Of a DNA stretch of 41,796 nt, positions 32,769-41,796 are shown piece after piece. A program made the translations under genes and the position numbers. How positions within the stretch are numbered: the stretch's first letter is position 1; the number at the start of each line of letters is the position of its first letter. Under the pieces are notes generated by a model that was given only the letters and a program-made list of their open reading frames with translations, was not told the origin of the DNA and did no database searches. Location: assembly GCF_001194135.2 (NCBI RefSeq), contig NC_068990.1, forward strand, positions 25,825,360 to 25,867,155, written 5' to 3'. Source of the DNA: Octopus bimaculoides (Eukaryota).

Positions 32769-33137
32769 GGCGGCGAGCTAGCAGAAATGTTAGCACGCTG
32801 AACGAAATGCTTAGCGATATTCTGACTGTCTTTACGTACTGAGTTCAAATTCCGCCGAAGTTGACTTTGCCTTTAATCCTTTCGGGGTCGATAAATTAAA
32901 TACCAGTTGCGTACTGCGGTAGATTTAATCGACTGACCCCCCTCCCATAAAGTTTCAGGTTTTGTGCCTAGAGTAGAAAAGAATATAGAATGTATTGAAT
33001 AAATATATATTCTTTTCTACTGTAGGCACAAAGTCCGAATTTTTTTGGGAGGGAATCAGTCAATTAGCTCGATCCCAGGAAGGATGAAAGGCAAAGTCGA
33101 CCTCGGCTGAATTTGAACTCAGAACGTAAAGACAGAG
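32769..33137. mobile_element. Tail-to-tail SINE-A pair (+ 32769-32992; - 33010-33137)
   Basis: gtgcctagagtagaaaagaata ... tattcttttctactgtaggcac; the minus copy runs into a gap. Confidence 0.88.
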
Positions 33138-34289
33138 NNNNNNNNNNNNNNNNNNNNNNNNNNNNNNNNNNNNNNNNNNNNNNNNNNNNNNNNNNNNNNN
33201 NNNNNNNNNNNNNNNNNNNNNNNNNNNNNNNNNNNNNNNNNNNNNNNNNNNNNNNNNNNNNNNNNNNNNNNNNNNNNNNNNNNNNNNNNNNNNNNNNNTT
33301 TTGATAACTATTCTATTCACTCAATTTGAACCCATTTTATTTTCCTGCAAATTAGAAAGTTTTTTTTAACAAAAAACCGGATCTTTGAAATTCAACGATT
33401 ATATCCTGAAAAAGAAAACCTAAAAAAAAAACAAAACAAACTAATCTATGATGCTCGAAAACTGCAGATATAATTCAATGGCTGATGTCTGTTAAAATAC
33501 TGACGAGCCAGAAGTTGTTGATCGCAGGTTAGATAAGTTTTGATTCAGTAAACTCATCCTGTAAAATGACAGTCACGCAGGTCCAGCGAGAGAAGGAGAG
33601 GTTACTGATTGATAAGAGACAACCGAAGGCAGTCATGCGTCACGTCAATGCTTTTTCTTATTAGCTGAAGTGGTCGGCCAGGCCATACTGAATAGGAAGA
33701 TGCTCTTACGAGCAAAGGGGGTTATGCCAAGGCCGCTGACACTCGTATTTATTCATTAACACTCTCTACCATCTCTCTCTTGTCCTGTCTCATCCACACG
33801 CAACCACACAATCTAAGTAAATTACTAATATGAGCCGAACTTTCCGGCGTTATTCTTTTGTTTTCTTTTCTTGGGACTGCTGTGTTCCATCCAAACTTTT
33901 AATAATAAAAACTGACAATAAATTGAAAGTGAACAGTTATCCTTATGATTCACCAAACTTGCCATTCATCTCATTTTCTTCTATACAAAAAGAGGTTGAA
34001 AAATATTTATCTTATTTTTAAACGTGTATATTCCTTCTGCTTCAGATCAAGCCATTGAAATTAAAATTTTCGGGCAAAATTATAATCTCTTTTGTTGAAA
34101 TCAAGGATTAAAAAAAAAATTTGAAAAGAAAGCGTGTGGAATGCGTTGCGTTATCGACACCCAGGCCCTTTTTTCTAAATCACTTTCGGAGATCCTTGTG
34201 GAAATTCAGACTCTTTTCTTCTGTTATACATTGTTAATTCTATTGCATGCGTGGCGGGCTTACTACCAGCAACCTGCGGTATCATGCTA

Positions 34290-35080
34290 TTTTCAGCTAT
34301 CTAATACTTTCCTGATTATTCTGGCCGTGCCAAGGAGGCAAACCTTTTGTAACAACTCTACTGGGCACTCTATTCCAATTTCCTTTATATTCCTCTTGAT
34401 GCCTTCTGATACTGTTCTAAAGGACCCAACGATAATTGGCACTGTCTTCACCTTCTTTATTTTCCATAGCTGGGCTATTTCGTACTTAAGAGGGTTGTAT
34501 CTATCTATTTCTTTGCCTTCCTTCTTGACTATTTATGGGTCAAAGGGGCATGCAAAATCAACTATATAGCGTATGTGATGCACCTTGTCCACCACCACTA
34601 GGTCCGGTGTGTTACGCTCTAGCACCTGATCTGTTTGGATTGGGAAATCCCAGAAGATTTTGCTTGTCTCCGACTCTGCCACTCTCTACGGTTTGTGCTC
34701 ATGCCACGTATTGCCTCTCTCTAGACCCCACTTTTCGCACATTTTCCAATGGAATACTTTCGCTACCTGGTCGTGTCGCCACACCTTGTAGTGGTTTGGG
34801 GCAAGTATAGGGCATTCGTTCATGATATGGGCAATGGTTTCATCCACTCTATTGCAGATGCGGCACAACAGAGACACTTGCTCATTCCTAAAATTGACCC
34901 TCTAGTTCGTGGCCAAAGCTTGGTTTGCGTTGCCAGTATTGTTCTCTCGGTCTCTTTTTTAGGGTTCTTTTCATCAGTCAATCCCTCCTATGTTTTCTAG
35001 CAACTTCTGTTGTGGCTACATGGAATTAATTGCGTTGTCCCTTCTTGCGTAATTCTTCTTCATATCCTTTTTGTATTTCT
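34290..35080 (-). mobile_element. R4/Dong-like non-LTR retrotransposon C-terminus (Zn knuckle and restriction-like endonuclease), decayed
   Basis: LKKETERTILATQTKAL; CRICNRVDETIAHIMNEC; RHDQVAKVFHW; WDFPIQTD...PDLVVVD...IVDFACPFD; VPIIVGSLG; LQKVCLLGTARIIRKVL. Confidence 0.9.
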
Positions 35081-35187
35081 TCCTTTGTTTCCCCCTTTTT
35101 TCCCTGCCCCTACGAAACCAAAACATAAGTAAGAATATAACTCTTACGAGAGCGAAGTAAAAAAAAAATCATTACGATAAATGGTAA

Positions 35188-35810
35188 GGCGGTGAGCTCG
35201 TAGAATCGTTAGCACGCCGGACAGAATGCTTAGCGGTATTTCGTCCGTATTTACGTTCTGAGTTCAAATTCTATCGAAGTCGACTTTGCCTTTCATCCCT
35301 TCAGAGTTGATAAGATAAGCACTAGTTATGCACTGGAGTTGATGTAATCGACTTGCCCACCACTCCTAAATCTCAGGCTTTCGGCCTATAATAGAAAGGA
35401 TTATCAGCATATGTTGTAAGACGACAAACTGGCTGACTCGTTTGCACCCCAGGGAAAAAAATGCTTATCGGTATTTCGCCCGTTTTACTTTCTGAGTTCA
35501 AATCCCACCGGGGTCGACTTTACTTTCCATCCTTTCAGGGATGATAAGTTAACCCATTAGTGCCCCAACTTTTTTCTTTAATTTATTACCAAAAATCTTT
35601 TTTTTATACTAAATGTATAAAAAATTTTATTACAATATTTGGAAGGCACTCCAGTCTTGACTAACTAAAGGGTTGCAGAAATATGATGGATTAACCTTCT
35701 GGTTCTAAAAAAGGACCATGGTTGCTAATGGGTTAAGTACCAGTTGAGCCTAAGGAATTATGTAATCGACTACTCTACACACTTCCTTAAAATTTTGGAC
35801 CTTGTGGTAG
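35188..35810 (+). mobile_element. Two tandem SINE-A copies (35188-35402; 35419-35810, the second interrupted)
   Basis: ggcggtgagctcgtagaatcgttagcacg...gagttcaaattc...gtcgactttgcctttcatcc. Confidence 0.88.
35553..35732. mobile_element. piggyBac-type MITE nested in SINE-A
   Basis: TTAA-CCCATTAG ... CTAATGGG-TTAA; removing it restores gataagTTAAgtaccagttgag. Confidence 0.85.
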
Positions 35811-36273
35811 TATTATTACGATATATAATATTAATATTATGAGTGTAAAATATATCTTTTTTAAAAGCTTTGCAATGTTTAATGTTAAATGCGATTACAG
35901 ACCACACAAGTTATTAAATTAACTGTTTGTTTATTGAATATCAACACATGTTACTTCAATGATATAAACAGTTAGCTTTCGTTTGTGATTTCAAAAGGCA
36001 AATCTTATCTTAATAGATATGTATGCTGGCAATTTTTTAAGTATACCTTGCTCCAATTTGTCTGGCTTATTTATTTATTTATTTATTTACTCACCGGAGA
36101 TAAACGTACATAGGTGTGTGTGTGTGTGTGTGTGTGTGTTTCTCTTCCTCCGTATTACTCTCCAATGCCACCTTTTCGGGGTGAAACATTTGTACTTTAG
36201 CATACATTTCGCTCTTTATGTTATTAAGTTTCATTCATCCATCCGTCCGTCCGTCCATCCATTCATCTCTCTC

Positions 36274-36595
36274 TGAAGTGCATTCCAGAAATTTTCAGAT
36301 TTTTCAGTAGAAGCATTTATTTATTTCAAAGAAATCCCAAACTCTAATCTCTTTCAAAGTAAGACCCTCTGGCTTCAATGCATTGGTTGTAGCACTCCAA
36401 CCCTTTTGTGAAGGTCCCATGGAAGTCCCCTTCAGTGAAGGTGTCCAGAACCCTTGTCAGAACCTACTAGGCCTTTTTAATGTCTTCGAAACGACTGCCT
36501 TTGAGGTTTTCCTTCAGCTTGAGTAACAGCTAAAAGTTACAAGGGGTAAGGACTGGACAGTGAGGAGGGTGAGGAAGGTTTTGATGTCCATCTCT
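36274..36595 (-). mobile_element. Mariner transposase C-terminal fragment
   Basis: LPHPPHCPVLTPCNF*LLLKLKENLKGSRFEDI...FTKGLECYNQCIEARGSYFERD*. Confidence 0.82.
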
Positions 36596-37649
36596 TCCTT
36601 GGATATGTGGGTTTAAGTGGAATGGTAATGAAGTTTTAATGTGGATTGTTATGGAGAGGTGCCTTGGAGAACATTTTATTGATTAAATTTGGGGTTGTTT
36701 AGAATTTATTCATGTATGTAGAACTTTGTAAGCAGGTGTGTATGCTTAGGTGTGTTCCTTTGTTATGTAGGCACAGGATGCGTGAGTAGTTTAATTATTT
36801 TTGGTTTCATTAGATTTTATTATTTGCTTTGACAATGTAAAGATCAAAGTACAAAGTCCGGTATTTAAAACCTTAATAACTGGGTGTGTCAACATTTTTG
36901 TGATGGAATCTTTTTTGGGGGTTCACAAAAGAATGTAAGTTTTAGCTGGTCAGTTTCTTGACTTGTTGTTTTAGGACATTTTCTACTTTTATTTGAAAGG
37001 TGGTGGTGATTAGTTAGGCATGTCGTAGAAATTGATTCTCTTGTGTTTTGGCGTTCACAAACGGATTTGGTTCGGTGTCGAGGGCGTTGCTTTATGCTGG
37101 TCTATGCATTAAGATCTGAAGACGGAAGCTCGTCTCATCCTATGTTAAATGCATCCATACTGCCGCATTTTGTATTGGACTAGAGCCACCAACATCATTA
37201 TGGATTGCCGAGCCCCCAGAAACAGCTGTTTCTTATAAAACCTTCCTTCCACCCCTTTAAATTTCTTTATCGTTTGTACTCTGTGTTCGTTGGACCTATT
37301 TATATATAGAAGCAAATATATATATTTATTCATATAAATTTATCATTCATCATTTGAAGGTTTCCGTCTTTTGCTTTCTCTCGTTTTGCATGTACAAATA
37401 TATACGTATTTTGTATTTGATGCACTTAATATATTTAATATATCTGGTTGTCTAATTTGCATATCCTCAAAATGGCTTCTATACCCGCTCAGCCTGATCC
37501 CGCTTATAGCCTTGTGGAATCGGTCCCCTGTAAAGACATCGGAGTCTAAATCTGAATATTTTTCAGCACTACTAAATGTTTTCTATACAAAGAATATCTG
37601 GATCTCATCTGTGAACTACACACACACACACACACACACACACAGAGGA

Positions 37650-38184
37650 ACTGGGAGTAGTTCTTTAAAAAGAAAACAACAATACACATCAATTCGGCAT
37701 TTAATCCCATTCGAAGTTGTCCCCTTCTGAAGCCATGCACTTTGTCCAGCGTCGTTGGAAGTATTCCTGGAACTCCTTTCTGGAGATAGTGAACAACTGC
37801 CTCATCGCATTCTCTTGGATTTCTTCGACGTCTTGAAATCTTGGGGTATTCCACTGCAAAAACTGAGCCTTGGTTTCGGTTGGTCATAGCATTAGCCATA
37901 GACCCACGATTCATCGCCTGTTATGGCCATTTTCAAAAAAGTTTTCATCTTCCTCGACACAATCAAGGAGACCCTGCACGGCTGAAACCCAATCTTGCTT
38001 TTTGAGACGACCACACTCGCCACACTTTACTTCCAGGCACTTCTATAAACAACGGAAGAGTGTGAGAATGTTGTAACTTCGTGCGCACGTGCAACAGAGT
38101 TCAAGATCAGTCTGTGCTTTACTCTGCGTACTTTAGCTCCGTTATTAAAGCGACGGTCCCGATCCTTTTTTTTATCACCCCTCG
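37650..38184 (-). mobile_element. Internally deleted mariner
   Basis: 5' TIR cgaggggtgataaaaaa; LDCVEEDENF..AITGDESWVYG (first catalytic Asp) joined to RFQDVEEIQENAMRQL...RWTKCMASEGDNFE; leader related to 19880-20708. Confidence 0.85.
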
Positions 38185-38664
38185 TTTGTGAGCAGGAAGC
38201 GAGACACGAACGAAGTGGGTAAGAGGTCGAATGTAGAAGACGAAAAATAAAATGAAAAACGATGATGTTTGTTGAGCCCTAGGTTTGGCCTGTAGTCAAA
38301 AGCGATCGAGCCATGATCATGCGTCAAAGTTTTTGTAAAATGATAGGAGAATTTGAAGGAGAATAGAGGTTGTGGTATCTAACTGGTCCTTTGATCGCTA
38401 AGAAACTCCCTCTTCGGTGTGTTAGACGGTGATGACAGAATAAAGGGCAAGAGAAAGAAAGAAAGGAGGGAAGCAAAAGAAAAGAAAGAAAAAAGTGAGA
38501 AAGAAAACGAAGGGAAAAAGGGGGAAGGAAAAAAATGGAATTGTAGAAATAAAGTAAGAGAAAATAGGAGAGATTAAAAGGATGTCGACGCGAGAAAAGG
38601 AACGAAAAGAGATAAGAGTGGAACATATGGTTTGATAACGAGGATTAGCGAGTCAAACCTACTT

Positions 38665-39021
38665 CATCATCATCATCATCATCATCATCATCTCCTTCAT
38701 CACCACTATAATCAAATCTAACGCCATCGTCACCACTATCACCACCAACATCAGCGTGACATTAGCATCAGCATCATCACCATCATTATCGCCACAACCA
38801 CGACCACCTCCACGACGACGACGACCATTTCTACCACGACCACCACCGCAACCACAACGACCACGACGACGACGACCACTAGCACTACTGCCACGACAAC
38901 GACGACGACGACCACCACCTCCACCACGACCACCACCACTGCCACCATCACTAGCACTACTGCCACCACCACGACCACTACCACGACCACCACTACAACC
39001 ACCTCCACCACCACCATTACT
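38665..39021 (+). repeat. Compound trinucleotide repeat (CAT, then ACN-type)
   Basis: Read directly; see the Thr-rich frame finding. Confidence 0.9.
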
Positions 39022-39187
39022 GTATTCCTTCGAATCACTCTTCATTCCACCACGCCCCGCCTCAAAACGCCACACGAATCATTCTTTTCTGGTTTTTATT
39101 TTATCAGTTTTTCTTTACTTTTGTCTCTGTTGCTCGTTTCTTCAATTTCTTTCTCGAAATTTCAAACCGCACACACACACTACTGCT

Positions 39188-39490
39188 AATAGTAGTTGTG
39201 GTGGTGGTAGTGTTGGCGTTTGTAATGCAAATGTTGCCAGTAGTAGTCATAGTGGTGACGATTGTAGTAGTAGTAGTAGTAGTAAGTAGTGATGATTGTA
39301 GTAGTAGTAGTCATTATAGCAGCAGTAGCAGTTGTAGTAGTAGTGGTTACCGTCGTTCTAGCTGTATTAGAAGTGGTGGTGGTTGTGGTGGTAATAATGG
39401 AAGTATAATGGTAGTAGTAGCCCTGGAATGGGTGAAAGTAATAGTAGAAGTACTTGTAGTAGTAGTAGTAGTAGTAGTAATAGTAGTTAA
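39188..39490. repeat. Compound (GTA)/(GTG)/(GCA) trinucleotide repeat
   Basis: Read directly; the repeat register shifts several times. Confidence 0.9.
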
Positions 39491-40359
39491 TGGTCTTTCG
39501 GTTTTATTTCATGCACTCGTGAGTAATGTCTTCTCTGGTTGAAGAACATTATCAACACGAAAGATGTGTCCACCGAACCAAAGAATGGACCTCGGGTTGC
39601 AGATGGATGCAGCTGTTATTGTTGTTGTTGAAGCAGACTAATAGTAAAAAAAAAAACCTCTTCCATCCATGACCATCTGTTCGATTTCTACCCCACTCCG
39701 GCAACATTTACCTTGGATTACATTACCCAAAGTGACCTTTCTGTTGTCGTTGTTGTTTAAACGAAAATGAAGGAAAATAACCCAAAGTGACCTGTAGCAT
39801 ATATTTGAACAATGTTGAGAAATGATGGTAGTTTTTCGTAGTCCTCTCAAAACTGCTGGCCTTATACTTAAATCAGAAATCGTTATTAAATAGGCAGTAA
39901 AGTGTATGAGTCGGCAAAATCGTTAACATGTCGGTGAAAAATGCTTAGTGGAATAAGGATTCGATCCTCAATCGTAAGATATCTAGTTTAGGATCACGAG
40001 TGAGCTACCGCAGTTTCATGTAATTAACCTATTAATCGACCAATCAGCGCGAAACTGTGGCATGCGATGGCTCCTCGGATAATCTAAAATTTGTCCCCTT
40101 TTCAACCTTAAAAACTTTTTGGTGCCTAATTCAGAAGCAGACAGTCTTAGGCGTTCGTGCAAACTACCTTGGGCACTCACAGAAGGTAAATCACAAAGAT
40201 CAGACCACATCGGACACTTGGATAGACCACCTTGAGCAAAAGACGATTTCAGATAGTCACACAATGTACCACAGCTAGCCTTCTACAAGACATGGAACAG
40301 TTCTCTCCTCCCAATCGGCAGTTATATTATCAACATCTTTCTTTTGTAAACAACTAAAA

Positions 40360-40562
40360 CTCTTTAGCGTTCCGGTTATTCTGTCAAATGTAAAGCTTAT
40401 TTATTCGTATGTTTTTTGCATTAATTATGCTGCATCTCAGCTTTGAGAGTTCAATGACATGATTGTTTGTTTTTAGAATGAAATTGTAGGAACCAAATCT
40501 GGCTGGTTTGAATGTAAGATAAAATATTTGGGCCGGATATGGGCAGTTGAAGTGCCAAAGGG
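40360..40562. mobile_element. piggyBac-type MITE, decayed left end
   Basis: Right end gccaaaggg-TTAA; left end ctctttagc, a decayed ccctttagc. Confidence 0.55.
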
Positions 40563-40699
40563 TTAAAGTTAAATTTCGTGAGTTGCTTTGTTAATTATAC
40601 ACGCAGCCAACTACACCACACAACGATTGTCGGCAACAACACAAACTACATCCAACATAATAACTACCATAACAATGGCGACCAAACCACCTTCACGAC

Positions 40700-41185
40700 A
40701 GTGGCGTTTCTTCCAGTTTTTTATGTTCTGAAGTTCAAATTCTGGAGGGGTCGACTTTACCTTTCATCCTTTCGGGGTCGATAAAATAAGTACCAGTTGA
40801 GCAATGGGGATCGCTACAATCGACGTTACCCTCCCCTCAAGAGTACCAAACATGAGAGAGAATTATTAATTAGACGGTAGATTGGCAGTATCAGTAGCGC
40901 ATCGGACAAAGTACTTTTTGGTATTAGGCTACAGCTCTGAGTTCGAATTCTGCTAAAGTCACTTTTTCGTATTTCTGCGGTCGATAAAATAAAATACCAG
41001 TAAAATACTGGTGACAATTTAATCGATTACGCCTCTCTGTCTAAATCAATGACTTTGTCCCAATTTAAGAAATCGAGGAAGCGTTGCAGTATTTATTCCG
41101 GCCATTTATGCATTTAGCCAAATCTTTGGTTAATAAAATAAAGTACCCGACAAATACTGGGGTTGATGGAATTGTAGCATAGCAG
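40700..41185 (+). mobile_element. Cluster of three decayed SINE-A copies
   Basis: Recurring gataaaataa..taccag motif near 40780, 40984 and 41135, with B-box-like aagttcaaattc and gagttcgaattc in the first two. Confidence 0.75.
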
Positions 41186-41297
41186 GATTGCTGAATTGTT
41201 CATGCCACCAAATGGCATGGCAGCTGACACCTATATTATTCCGGTGTTTTTTGGGGTGCGCTTTCTCTCTCACCATTTCGACACCATGGGACACGAA

Positions 41298-41796
41298 GGT
41301 ACTATACAAGAAGAGTGGTCTCGGTGCGCACACTCACGCATCCGCGCTAGCGAGTCGTGACTAGTCGATCCTAAGACTACCTAGCGCGAGTCATGCGCAA
41401 AACATGTATGAGGGTTTTTTCTAAACAAAGTAAATAATTTTTTTAAAACAAAGTATATAAATTATACACTACCTGTTTTTGGTAAAGAGTCCATTAAAAC
41501 GTCGGTCTTTCAAAATCTACTGTTGTTCAATGGTGTCAGCGCATGAGGGACATTACAAGTAATTATCTTTTGCGTAACCCCTACCAAATTGGTGGACTTG
41601 GGCACATCGTAGAAATAGATGAATCTATGATGTGCACGCGCCAATACAACGGAGGATGGGATATAGAGGATAAAAATAGGTTTTTAGTCTTTAGACCATT
41701 CTTCTGAAACTCTTTGTGGTGCGATGGAGGACGAAGCAAAAGGACAGAATGAAGCGTTGGACCTTACCTTGCCGACCGCAGCGGGGTACACGATCG
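41298..41796 (+). mobile_element. Merlin (IS1595/ISXO2-like DDE) transposon fragment running off the window
   Basis: 41498-41707 translates NVGLSKSTVVQWCQRMRDITSNYLLRNPYQIGGLGHIVEIDESMMCTRQYNGG, matching the IGGxGxxVEIDES signature. The left end (GGTACTATAC at 41298) is tentative. Confidence 0.8.

Noticed and set aside
33500-33570. Minus-strand acceptor cattttacag|G as a coding exon
   Set aside because: All three frames stop within 22 codons and no peptide is recognisable.
37468-37546. Small ORF MASIPAQPDPAYSLVESVPCKDIGV with a possible donor
   Set aside because: Only 25 codons, no recognisable homology and no supporting exons.
38659-39542. Gly/Arg-, Val- and Pro/Arg-rich ORFs listed in the track
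   Set aside because: They are alternative readings of trinucleotide repeats; only the Thr frame was kept as a weak candidate.
40135-40190. 51-nt candidate exon with an AAG|gtaaat donor
   Set aside because: Weak acceptor and no recognisable peptide in either open frame.

Overview
AT-rich, repeat-dense eukaryotic non-coding DNA. The SINE, RTE and mariner sequences look like those of octopus (coleoid cephalopod); this is my recognition, not a search result. Ten assembly gaps make up about 3.1 kb of N. I found no confident host protein-coding gene: the long ORFs in the track come from microsatellites, N runs or decayed transposons. Recognisable content: three tRNA-headed SINE families; RTE, CR1/Jockey-like and R4/Dong-like LINE fragments; several mariner fragments, one of them a fold-back; Tc1-, hAT- and piggyBac-type MITEs, two nested in SINEs; three LTR-like elements; and a Merlin (IS1595/ISXO2-like) transposase fragment at the right edge. 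Most worth following up: (1) three short repeat families carrying minimal hammerhead-ribozyme folds, one near-intact with an A6U core variant and one linked to a Pol III B-box; (2) many fold-back structures (inverted SINE pairs, a pre-miRNA-like hairpin, palindromic inserts); (3) an ATG-less 81-codon Thr-rich reading frame missed by the ORF track; (4) a possible first-exon region at 3.2-3.8 kb. Element boundaries were read by eye and are approximate unless a TIR or TSD is quoted.
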